Source: a virus
Length of the DNA stretch: 64,000 bases
IMG/VR virus record: IMGVR_UViG_3300009159_000033
Strand: one strand, 5' to 3'
Shown here piece after piece: positions 55,174 to 64,000 of the stretch; the first letter of the stretch is position 1, and every line of letters starts with the position of its first letter. The position numbers and the translations under genes are program-made. The notes under the pieces were generated by a model, which saw only the letters and a list, made by a program, of their open reading frames with translations, searched no databases and had not been told where the DNA came from.

Positions 55174-56994
55174 ATGAGTTTAGAACATTTTATTAAGTTT
55201 ATTAGGGAAGGAGAGCCAGTCTCCCCTGGTACAGCTAACCGACCACTAGAACAACTAGACCAAAATATTCAGTATCTGTGGAGCATTATTCAAGCAGCTT
55301 CTTTAGGTTCCACTGTCTATGCACGAGCACAGACAATCGAAACTACTTTAAAAGTAGGTCAACCTGTTTATTTTAATGCCACTACGAGTCGATTTGAAGC
55401 TGCATTTGCGTCTACTGAGTCTGACACTGTCACAGGCTATTTGACAGTCCCAGATCAAGCACAGGTATGGGGTATTGTGGCTATAAAGCACAATGCCACA
55501 TTAGCTGACATCTTGTTGTTTGGTTATGCCCAAATAGATATACGAGAAGCTCTCGACATAACATTAGCTCCCGGAGCTGCTGTTCCTGCGGCTACTTGGT
55601 ATCTGTCTGGCATGAGTGCAGGTAAACTCACTAGGCAGCTGCCTCCAGTCACTATCCCTGTTTGTAAAACTAACAACAGTGGTGGTGTCTATGTAAACCC
55701 AAGTTTTGTAGACTTCTTAGAGAATCATAGGCATTATGCTTTTTCATTGGTAATGCTTCCAGCAGGTATGGTAACACCTCCCGCTGTAAGTGCAGCCCAT
55801 GTGATTACAAATCCGGATTTTAACCTCGAAGGGTGGCTCCCTGCTGATCATGTTAGCTTTAATAACTTAGCTCCAGCAGGAGCTAAGTTTGGATATAATC
55901 TAGCTAAAGATTTATCGCTTAAGAATCTATATCCACCTGTGCCCTTACAGTCTGCTTGTATTCAGATGCAACGCCCTAGCATCTGGGATACCGCAACGCA
56001 GCATCGTTGGTATGGGCAACAGTTAATGGATGACCTAGTTGTAATTGATAGGAATGGTATTTGGTGGATGAGCGACTGCTATGACGAAGTACCTTGGCCC
56101 ACCGACCTTGATACAACCAGTTCTGCCAGCATCAGCTACGGGGAATGCGATACTGCGGGTCGTTCTTATGTTTTAAAGTTGTACTACACTCGGGTTGGGT
56201 TCGCTACCGATGTATCTACAGTAACTAGCCTTGCATCTTTAGACCCTCGTTTAATTATCAACTGTGCGGGAACAGATATTCCTGGAGTTGTAGGCGATTT
56301 AGAAATTGATTTAAATCTAAACTTTATGGTTGGAAGTCAAAATCTAAAAGGATATCGTGTTTTTAAAACATTTGATCCAGTGACTAATACTTTCAATGCA
56401 GGGCCAGTGGCTGAAGGAGTTTATGCTAACTCGGCTAATGTGGTGCTATCTAGCCCCCTTACTACAACAGACACGCTTGGACGAACTATTCACCATGGTC
56501 CAATTGGACTGGGTGTACTAAGCCAACCTACGCAAGAACTATCCAGCCAGTTAGTGCGGTTAGATGGGGTGACAGAAGAAAGTTATCCTGTGCTCTACTT
56601 AGGGATGCCGAATGACATCACTACAAGCTATGTCGTAAAATTTGAGGTGCCTAGCGATGCTCCTACCAGCTCCAACTTTAGACTAAGGTTACGGGTACTA
56701 GGCAGAGTAGCAGGAACCTTACCTCAACTTACTGCCTCTTATTACACTTCTGCACGACCTACTACAGGGCTAACAACTCCAGTAACTGTAACTCAAAGCT
56801 ACACATCGCTTACAATTACAACGGTAGCTTCGGTCGGAGTAAACCAAGCAGTAGAAGCAACTAGTTCACTAATTGCAGTAGCTGCAGGCACTATTATCTA
56901 TATTAAGATACAGCGAACACCTACTGCGGTTGGTGATGCTTATGCTGGCGAATTAGGTATCATGCAGCAAACAGGTATATTAACCGCAGTATAA
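55174..56994 (+). CDS. Putative tail fibre/baseplate structural protein
   Basis: LKVGQPVYFN..GIVAIK..DILLFG..WYLSGMSAGKLT beta-tulip-like segment; Thr-rich C-terminus. Confidence 0.5.
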   Translation: MSLEHFIKFIREGEPVSPGTANRPLEQLDQNIQYLWSIIQAASLGSTVYARAQTIETTLKVGQPVYFNATTSRFEAAFASTESDTVTGYLTVPDQAQVWGIVAIKHNATLADILLFGYAQIDIREALDITLAPGAAVPAATWYLSGMSAGKLTRQLPPVTIPVCKTNNSGGVYVNPSFVDFLENHRHYAFSLVMLPAGMVTPPAVSAAHVITNPDFNLEGWLPADHVSFNNLAPAGAKFGYNLAKDLSLKNLYPPVPLQSACIQMQRPSIWDTATQHRWYGQQLMDDLVVIDRNGIWWMSDCYDEVPWPTDLDTTSSASISYGECDTAGRSYVLKLYYTRVGFATDVSTVTSLASLDPRLIINCAGTDIPGVVGDLEIDLNLNFMVGSQNLKGYRVFKTFDPVTNTFNAGPVAEGVYANSANVVLSSPLTTTDTLGRTIHHGPIGLGVLSQPTQELSSQLVRLDGVTEESYPVLYLGMPNDITTSYVVKFEVPSDAPTSSNFRLRLRVLGRVAGTLPQLTASYYTSARPTTGLTTPVTVTQSYTSLTITTVASVGVNQAVEATSSLIAVAAGTIIYIKIQRTPTAVGDAYAGELGIMQQTGILTAV

Positions 56995-57006
56995 TGGAGG
57001 GCAAGG

Positions 57007-57960
57007 ATGCCATTATCTCAGTGGAATTTAGATTTTCTAAATCATAACTCGCAGCGTAGCTATCCTTTAACCTCGGAAGCAACTAGGCGAGATGTTACCG
57101 CTTCGTTTGAAATACCAAACGACTTTCTTGTTGGGTTAGACTTGCCGGTATCTCCAGCCATGGATATGGAAACTGGACGATTCTTTATACGCCAGCTTGG
57201 TTTATTCTCTTCTGGTATTCAACTAATTATTGCTTACGACACCGGTACTAGTCTTATCGATGTAGCTACTGGCTTAATCTCAACAATTGATCCTATACGC
57301 AACAAAGTTTTTGCGATCAATGGCATAGGTGCGTATACAGATATAAGCGGTAAAGTAATTATTGGCCGTGTCGATACCATTCAAGAACAACCCAGCGGTC
57401 TGTTTTCATTTACTATTGAAGGTACGAGAATAGAGCCACAAGCTATTCGCCCTATGATTAAAGGAATATCTTCGCTACGCATCTCTTCCGCTGTAGGTGA
57501 TGTCAGCCAAAACTTCTATGGAGACATTGAGCTGGTAGCTGGGTCTAACATTCAACTTTCTACTGCAATAAACGGGTCAGAAACTAAAATCATCATAAGT
57601 GCACTAAGCGGAGAAGGCACCCTTGAGCAATGCATCTGCGAAGGAGAAGCCGCTGCTATTCCTTGCATCAAGACTATTAACGGAATTAGTCCAACTACAA
57701 CCGGTAACTTTAATTTTATCGGGGATGACTGCTTACAGTTTAATCCTGTGACAAATGGGCTTAAAGTTACTGATTCTTGCTGTACCCCTTGCTGTGGTTG
57801 CGAAGAGTTAGAAGCAATTACCAGAGATCTTGAACGCTTTGCAACACAGCGTAATGCGTTAGAACTATTTGTTAACCAGTTGGCAGCAGAAACAGCTACT
57901 TTTGATATGACTGTTCTTGGTTCGAGGCTTGGAGATCGCCGTTGTTTAACTTGCACATAA
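57007..57960 (+). CDS. Cys-rich tail paralogue 1
   Basis: NSQRSYPL..PNDFLVG; IKTINGISP..GNF; CCTPCCGC followed by a coiled coil. Confidence 0.6.
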   Translation: MPLSQWNLDFLNHNSQRSYPLTSEATRRDVTASFEIPNDFLVGLDLPVSPAMDMETGRFFIRQLGLFSSGIQLIIAYDTGTSLIDVATGLISTIDPIRNKVFAINGIGAYTDISGKVIIGRVDTIQEQPSGLFSFTIEGTRIEPQAIRPMIKGISSLRISSAVGDVSQNFYGDIELVAGSNIQLSTAINGSETKIIISALSGEGTLEQCICEGEAAAIPCIKTINGISPTTTGNFNFIGDDCLQFNPVTNGLKVTDSCCTPCCGCEELEAITRDLERFATQRNALELFVNQLAAETATFDMTVLGSRLGDRRCLTCT

Positions 57961-57963
57961 ACT

Positions 57964-59637
57964 ATGAGTAATACAAGAGGAAGACAACCTGTTGGTTTAA
58001 ACCAGCCCCCTAGTGGCGGGTCTGCTTATCCGTTTGTATCCCCTTCTGATGATGTTCTATATTTATTAGCTGATTTATTTCTATCATTTGACGATATCTA
58101 TGACAATTTTGTTTATCCTCTACACATTGCTTGGATGCATGGATTTGGCGATATCAGCGTTACACCTCCAGAAGGTTGGCCTGCGCCTACGCATACCCAT
58201 GATCTTGTAATACTAGATGCAACCAATGTAATAGTATTTAATTCTACCACCGCAACTCGCTTCACTACGGAAGTGTGGGATAACCGTTTATTAATTCTTG
58301 AGTGGACTAGTCAACATAGTGTATGTCGCTGCAGTCTGCACACAGAGTGGACAGAGTCAGATATCATTGATGGGCAGTCTCGTAGTTATAACAATTACAT
58401 TGTTCCTGAGCGAGGTGAGCTACAACCTGACACATGGTATAAAATACCTAAACGAGTATTATCTATTCGGGTAGGTTTAACCCAAATTACAAAAAGCAGT
58501 GTAACCTTAGCAGAAGGTTACAATATGCAGATTTCAAAAAATGAAGCTCCTACCGATATTAACTTTAACACTTTAGGAATATTAGGATTACAACCAACTA
58601 AACCTCTGGTAAAAGGCACACGAGTTACACAAAAGCTATTGTTAGAAGCAGTACCATCAGCTGGGCTAGGTATATTTCCAAGTTGTGTAGATCAAGAAAA
58701 AGTAATTCGAACAATTAATCAGGTGCGAAGTAACACACATCAAAATTTTACTTATGACAGCGAAGGGTGTATAAGGGTTCAACGACCTGTAGCACTAGCC
58801 TCACCTACTCCTCGAGTTTTTAGCTATGGAGCTGTAGGATTGCCCACCTCGGCAGCCGCTGGTTCTGCCCTTCTTGTAAGTAATGATTGTACTAACTGTT
58901 GCGACTGCCTCTACTTTGCACAGACTTACCAAGGATTAAAGCGACAGTGGTTTTTATTTAGAAGCACAGCAAGAACTGCAGAAACAGTTCGAGATAGGTA
59001 TGCCCAAAACAAAGCACGATGGCTAGTTCAAAAGCAGATACGAGAAGCTAATGTGCTGCGAGTGCGTATTTCTTTAGATGGTAATTGTAAAGTTAGATGG
59101 GGAATTGCGTTTTGTAACGCAAGTAAGTGCTGCCTTACTAATGTTACAGTATATTTAACTTGGCTACAGTATCTTAATGGCGTGGTACAAACACCTATTC
59201 GGCCTCAGTTTGATTGTCTTCCTGTCCTACTAGATGGGGATGGTCAATGTGATGGGCCGGTTCCTATCGTATCCGATCAAACAAACGCTAGGGGTGATGT
59301 ATCCAAGTTTACTTGGGATTACAGCAATCCACAAACGGTTACAACTTTATATGGCCGACACTGCATGCCAGATTGTAAAGACTATCCTGACGGAGCATTA
59401 AAATTTAAATTACATGTAGCTATCACATGGGGTGCGGCACTTAAAGATCCTGCAACTGGGGAAGTTTGTGTGTTTCCAGAAACTCAGTATTCTGAAATTT
59501 CAGAAGAAGTTCAAAATATATGGGAAACTTCTTTAGGAATGGCTTTACCTACAAATATAAAAGACCAAAAAGTAACTCCGTTGACAGTAGCTGACCGCTC
59601 AAATCCATATTGTCGCCGTTGCAGTTGTGTGGACTAA
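57964..59637 (+). CDS. Cys-rich tail paralogue 2
   Basis: AYPF..LLAD; IRTINQV..NF; DCTNCCDC followed by a helix. Confidence 0.6.
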   Translation: MSNTRGRQPVGLNQPPSGGSAYPFVSPSDDVLYLLADLFLSFDDIYDNFVYPLHIAWMHGFGDISVTPPEGWPAPTHTHDLVILDATNVIVFNSTTATRFTTEVWDNRLLILEWTSQHSVCRCSLHTEWTESDIIDGQSRSYNNYIVPERGELQPDTWYKIPKRVLSIRVGLTQITKSSVTLAEGYNMQISKNEAPTDINFNTLGILGLQPTKPLVKGTRVTQKLLLEAVPSAGLGIFPSCVDQEKVIRTINQVRSNTHQNFTYDSEGCIRVQRPVALASPTPRVFSYGAVGLPTSAAAGSALLVSNDCTNCCDCLYFAQTYQGLKRQWFLFRSTARTAETVRDRYAQNKARWLVQKQIREANVLRVRISLDGNCKVRWGIAFCNASKCCLTNVTVYLTWLQYLNGVVQTPIRPQFDCLPVLLDGDGQCDGPVPIVSDQTNARGDVSKFTWDYSNPQTVTTLYGRHCMPDCKDYPDGALKFKLHVAITWGAALKDPATGEVCVFPETQYSEISEEVQNIWETSLGMALPTNIKDQKVTPLTVADRSNPYCRRCSCVD

Positions 59638-59658
59638 CTATTTAATGGGATTGATAGT

Positions 59659-61413
59659 ATGCCGATTCGTAACAATCATTGGTACAACCTTAACGAGCAG
59701 CGCTACTATCCGCTGGACGATACTGCGTCAGCTTGTTCAGATGCTGGTGAAGTATTACCAGGCTCTTTGATTGCAGACATGCGTTTATGCTGGCCCGCCC
59801 AGTATGGTAAATATGCTTTCGTCAGTGCTGCAGCTTCCACCCCCGGCCTAGTTACCGTACTCATTGAAGCTACAAACACACTAGATAACAACCCAAGTAC
59901 TTCTGTACTAATTGCAGGTATAACTCTTCCAAAATCTGAGTTGATTGGGGGAAGAACTTATGCCCTAACTGCATTTAAATCTGGAGTTGGAGGATTCATT
60001 GTACTTGGAACTAATTTAGATGAAAACTATTCTGGCCGGTTTAGTTCTCCGGCTCAGTCTTTACTAACTCCTAGAGCAGCTAGACCTAATCGGATTGCAC
60101 CTATCCCCTCAATCAAAGTTGACGATGCTGCTACCGCATTATCCGGCTTAGTTAATTTAACTGCAGCTGCACCTTTACAGCTAACCAAAGAAACTCGAGT
60201 TATTAATGGAGTAGAATACTCTAATGTCGTTGTTTTTAGCTTAAAAGAAGAAGAGCAAGTAACTGTAGGTGCAGCAGCTGAATCAGTTTTAGCCACTTTT
60301 GCGGGTCCTTGTGGGAAGCGAACTGGGTCTAAGACTTGTACTGACCCCCAGCCAGTACAGTTTATTAATGGTGTAGCACCTGATTGTGACGGTGTGATTA
60401 CCATAGACTTTCAAGGATGTGCGGTTGTCGGTAGAAATACAAAAGACTGCGGTGTCATTCTTGATTGTTCTTTGGGCTTGTCTGCCAGCTGTTCTCCGCC
60501 TTATCTGCCTACGCTGAGCACTGGCAAGCTACCTAGCGAAACTCCTAGAGTCATTATCACTCCTCCAGCTCCTCCAACCCCTCCGGTTATCATTGATGTT
60601 AGTATCAGTGAATCAGTAAAAACTGTATTAACTTTACCTTATTGCGATACTTTTGATGAGATGGTTGCTGTTGGATTTTATCCCATGGGAGATTCGTTGT
60701 TTGATTTTATTTCTGATGACAGCCCTGCTGAAAATGATTGCTGCGTAGGGGCTCTTACTAATTATGGTTGCGACATGTCTGTCTCTATCTCATCCTCTAT
60801 TGATTATGGCATGTCTTATTCTTTATCTAATTCTAATTCTATGTCTTATTCAATAGCTACTGTTCCCATATTACGAAGCGTAGAAATTGCTAGCAGTTAT
60901 GCCACAATACAGCCTAACGCACAAGCTCGTACTAACATTTCTATATGGACGATGGATGTGCAGTCTCTGTATCGCAAATACACCACAGATCTTAAAATTA
61001 CAAATGGGCAGTTGGGAAGTAAAAAAAATGCAGGAATCGTTGTAAATTACCGGCAAATACTACCTAACGTGGTCAACTATCTAGTAGCAACGCTAGACAT
61101 TGACACTAGTACTTTTGGAATATATTTCTTTAATGGTTTGTTTCTTGTACCAATTGTTACAACTTCGGTATCAAAAGCTAGGACAGACGATTGGTACCGG
61201 ATTAGTTTTACTGTTATTCCTAACAATATTACACAGACTAGCATACAGCTAATCGCAGTTTTGACAGGAATTACAGACCCAACTATTGCCACAGTGCTTT
61301 CTACCTCAATATCTGCTAATTTATGGCAAACAGATGCGGGTAACGCAGGGTTTTACGCTAAACGTTCTCGTAGCTATTTCTCCTTCTGGAGAGTGGAGGA
61401 AGCCGAATTATGA
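59659..61413 (+). CDS. Cys-rich tail paralogue 3 with a C-terminal beta-sandwich (lectin-like) region
   Basis: NEQRYYPL..PGSLIAD; VQFINGVAP; Ser-x tract; GNAGFYA near the C-terminus. Confidence 0.6.
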   Translation: MPIRNNHWYNLNEQRYYPLDDTASACSDAGEVLPGSLIADMRLCWPAQYGKYAFVSAAASTPGLVTVLIEATNTLDNNPSTSVLIAGITLPKSELIGGRTYALTAFKSGVGGFIVLGTNLDENYSGRFSSPAQSLLTPRAARPNRIAPIPSIKVDDAATALSGLVNLTAAAPLQLTKETRVINGVEYSNVVVFSLKEEEQVTVGAAAESVLATFAGPCGKRTGSKTCTDPQPVQFINGVAPDCDGVITIDFQGCAVVGRNTKDCGVILDCSLGLSASCSPPYLPTLSTGKLPSETPRVIITPPAPPTPPVIIDVSISESVKTVLTLPYCDTFDEMVAVGFYPMGDSLFDFISDDSPAENDCCVGALTNYGCDMSVSISSSIDYGMSYSLSNSNSMSYSIATVPILRSVEIASSYATIQPNAQARTNISIWTMDVQSLYRKYTTDLKITNGQLGSKKNAGIVVNYRQILPNVVNYLVATLDIDTSTFGIYFFNGLFLVPIVTTSVSKARTDDWYRISFTVIPNNITQTSIQLIAVLTGITDPTIATVLSTSISANLWQTDAGNAGFYAKRSRSYFSFWRVEEAEL

Positions 61414-62213
61414 CAGCTATTCGTTTTCCAGAGTTTTTAGACTCGCTAGAAAATACTAAATACCCATTTATACCTACGGCTACTTTGACTAATAACAAAG
61501 TTTCATTGTTAGAGGGTACTTTCTTAGACGCACATGTATATGCTACTACAAGTTTCCTTCGCTACTACATTTCAGAAGTAGTAGTAGCGTCTGACAAATT
61601 CACAATTTACATCGGGGATGAAACCAAACCTAAAAATATACATGGCGAAGTCAGCCTCCCATTAACAACTGTAAATGTACAGCTACAAGATGACTATGGT
61701 AGACCAGCTGGAATATTAGTTTCTAGCCCAGATCGACTAGCCTTGTTGTCTGCTTGGGGGATTGGCACCTACAAATTTGAAAGAAAACAAACAGAATTTT
61801 GTGTTACTTGTCAGATGCCTATACCTTCGCCTGGGGTTACTGGATTTTTATTAGAGACGGGAGAATTACTAAGTGGCAAAGTTTGGTTTGTAGGAGATGA
61901 TGGTGTTGTGTTATCTACTTCGCCTTCGTTAAATCCACAAATTAATCCTGCACCAACATTGCAAATAAATGCAGTAGGAGACCCGCTTTATTTGCAAAGG
62001 TTATGTAACCCAACCGACATATTTACTCCAGTCAATCCTGTGCGTATAATCCGGGTAGTAAACGGAGAAAATGTGTATGACTGTACTCCCGATGCACAAG
62101 GTAATTTTAACTTACAGATGAATGACGCATTAGCAACGGATGCTGCTTTACGAATTAGAACCACTTATGAAGGTATTGTAATAAATGTAGAAGGGTCTAC
62201 ACCTTCAGGATGA
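61410..62213 (+). CDS. Tail paralogue 4
   Basis: LENTKYPF..FLD; RVVNG..TPDAQGNF. Confidence 0.6.
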   Translation: MTAIRFPEFLDSLENTKYPFIPTATLTNNKVSLLEGTFLDAHVYATTSFLRYYISEVVVASDKFTIYIGDETKPKNIHGEVSLPLTTVNVQLQDDYGRPAGILVSSPDRLALLSAWGIGTYKFERKQTEFCVTCQMPIPSPGVTGFLLETGELLSGKVWFVGDDGVVLSTSPSLNPQINPAPTLQINAVGDPLYLQRLCNPTDIFTPVNPVRIIRVVNGENVYDCTPDAQGNFNLQMNDALATDAALRIRTTYEGIVINVEGSTPSG

Positions 62214-62225
62214 TTGTGAGACACT

Positions 62226-63242
62226 ATGGCATTACCTAACTTTTTCAATGAAAATATCAATCGTAGTTTTCCGTTTCAGCGGGCAACTGTAGGGGTAGAC
62301 ACCCCAACTAGTGGCTCCGTTACAATGCTACAGCTACCGGATAACTTTATTGCAGACTGTGGTTTTATCATGGGACCTGAGTCCGGCTTTATTGATGGGG
62401 TTCATTCTGTATTCTTGCATAAAATCTCAAGAATTAACACTTCTATCGTTGAATACGAATTTCACTCAGATGCCCCTAATCTTATAGATAGTTTCTTACT
62501 GTTCAGACGAGACATTTCAGACCCAGTTTATCAAACAGAATTTGTAGAAAGTGATGCTCCTTTCTATGCCCCAGTTAGCCAGTCTCTTTCTTTGTCTATT
62601 TCAGTTCCTATAGTGTCATGCGGAGAACCCTACTGGTCTGGCTATCTTGTAACAGGACCAATGGAAGAAATTGTTTCCCGCTTATATGTTGGAGAAACGA
62701 TTGTTCGTACTGGAAATAATGAAGCTATAGTAGAACCCGCACTAATTCAAAACTTAAATCAAAGTCAGGTTGTGTCTTTAAACATTGCGAATGCTGATAG
62801 AACTAGAGCAATTAGACCCGCTAACTGTCCTCCCAACTCTTGGACATTCCCAATTGGATACACCTATACGGTGCAAGAATGTATCCAAGGAGATTTACAA
62901 TTACGCTCAGGATATAACATGCAAATAAATCAGGATTCGTTTACTAACACGATTCAATTTGCAGCAAGGTTAAAGGCGGGGCTAGGAGAACCATGCGAAG
63001 AACTTAAATTATTTCCGCAGGAAGCCCCACCGATTGACGCTGCTAACAATTTACTAGCTGGAGACCACTACTGTAATGAAACTTTAAGATCAATAAATGG
63101 GTTGCAAGGCCCTAATTTAAACTTTATCGCAGGCGTAGGGGTATCTATATCCCCTAACACTGTAACTGGTACTTTAACTGTAAATATTAATTTGAAAGAC
63201 TTACAAACTTGTTCTTATGCCACAGTGTCTGAGGCACTTTAA
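62226..63242 (+). CDS. Tail paralogue 5
   Basis: [15 protein letters not shown]; [12 protein letters not shown]. Confidence 0.6.
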   Translation: MALPNFFNENINRSFPFQRATVGVDTPTSGSVTMLQLPDNFIADCGFIMGPESGFIDGVHSVFLHKISRINTSIVEYEFHSDAPNLIDSFLLFRRDISDPVYQTEFVESDAPFYAPVSQSLSLSISVPIVSCGEPYWSGYLVTGPMEEIVSRLYVGETIVRTGNNEAIVEPALIQNLNQSQVVSLNIANADRTRAIRPANCPPNSWTFPIGYTYTVQECIQGDLQLRSGYNMQINQDSFTNTIQFAARLKAGLGEPCEELKLFPQEAPPIDAANNLLAGDHYCNETLRSINGLQGPNLNFIAGVGVSISPNTVTGTLTVNINLKDLQTCSYATVSEAL

Positions 63243-63256
63243 GAGGAAGATTAGGA

Positions 63257-64000
63257 ATGGAAGACAAGTCATATTTGTCGATGGGACCGCAAGACCCCGT
63301 ATTTGACATAGTCAAATGCGAGGTCCCTAGCGTTCTTCCTATTCCTCCTGCTAATTGGCTGGTTAATCCTCAAGTTCCTCCTGCCCCAGCAGATATCGCA
63401 GACTGCCCTGAAACTGTAATACCAATTTTAGAGCCAGAACCATTGTGTCCTGAGATTACATTTAACGGAGGATCGCAAGGGTTTGCTACTACTCGTATTG
63501 TTCCCCCTGGCCAAGAAAAAGCAGTTTTTACCGTTACAAAGGGAGAATGTTGCGATTTTGACATTGATGTGTCTGTAGATTTTCCACAAGGACCACAAGG
63601 ACCACAAGGACCACAAGGCCCACAAGGTCCACAAGGACCACAAGGACCACAAGGACCACAAGGACCACAAGGACCACAAGGCCCACAAGGTCCACAAGGC
63701 CCACAAGGACCACAAGGACCACAAGGACCACAAGGCCCACAAGGTCCACAAGGCCCACAAGGTCCACAAGGCCCACAAGGTCCACAAGGCCCACAGGGTC
63801 CACAAGGTCCACAGGGTCCACAAGGTCCACAGGGTCCACAAGGTCCACAAGGCCCGCAAGGACCACAGGGACCACAAGGACCACAAGGCCCACAGGGACC
63901 ACAAGGTCCACAAGGACCACAAGGTCCACAAGGCCCACAAGGACCACAAGGACCACAAGGCCCACAAGGTCCACAAGGCCCACAGGGTCCACAGGGTCCA
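63257..64000 (+). CDS. Collagen-like fibre protein (3'-truncated by the window; missing from the ORF track)
   Basis: ATG 63257; [38 protein letters not shown] then PQG repeats to the window end with no stop. Confidence 0.9.
   Translation, partial: MEDKSYLSMGPQDPVFDIVKCEVPSVLPIPPANWLVNPQVPPAPADIADCPETVIPILEPEPLCPEITFNGGSQGFATTRIVPPGQEKAVFTVTKGECCDFDIDVSVDFPQGPQGPQGPQGPQGPQGPQGPQGPQGPQGPQGPQGPQGPQGPQGPQGPQGPQGPQGPQGPQGPQGPQGPQGPQGPQGPQGPQGPQGPQGPQGPQGPQGPQGPQGPQGPQGPQGPQGPQGPQGPQGPQGPQGPQGPQGP
63584..64000 (+). repeat. 9-nt coding repeat CCACAAGGN = (Pro-Gln-Gly) x46+
   Basis: 417 nt, uninterrupted, with only synonymous variation. Confidence 0.97.

Noticed and set aside
1122-61292. The many short antisense and nested ORFs in the track
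   Set aside because: They lie within long + strand genes that already tile the window and show no recognisable motifs
63428-63992. Minus-strand ORFs with LWTLWA and VDLVGL repeats
   Set aside because: Antisense shadows of the Gly-Pro-Gln repeat
63584-64000. CRISPR array or non-coding satellite
   Set aside because: A 9-nt in-frame coding repeat with no spacers; no CRISPR array or tRNA was seen anywhere in the window
1-64000. Stop-codon reassignment (seen in some large phages)
   Set aside because: Code 11 gives dense, intact long ORFs, and TAA, TAG and TGA all end genes

Overview
This window is a co-directional (+ strand), gene-dense segment of a large tailed (myovirus-type) bacteriophage genome. 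It has Shine-Dalgarno sites and standard code 11. The order is: putative internal head proteins; a phage multisubunit RNA polymerase; prohead protease, scaffold, decoration protein and major capsid; a GT2 glycosyltransferase; neck, tail sheath and tube; a gp5-like spike; tail chaperones with an apparent -1 frameshift; a 2044-aa tape measure; baseplate genes with an embedded sigma70-like factor; a two-protease/membrane-protein cassette; a family of Cys-rich tail paralogues; and a (Gly-Pro-Gln)n collagen-like fibre that runs off the window. The most striking system is the RNA polymerase. Beta is fused to the N-terminal half of beta', and the C-terminal half of beta' is a separate gene carrying a ~625-aa low-complexity/coiled-coil tail. 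Both subunits (2727 aa) contain no cysteine and have lost both beta' zinc sites. They sit among head genes rich in K-x-A(S/A) motifs, and a divergent Cys-free sigma factor lies in the baseplate operon. Together this suggests, by inference, a virion-packaged and ejected bacterial-type RNAP holoenzyme. All product calls come from motif recognition by eye; no database search was run.
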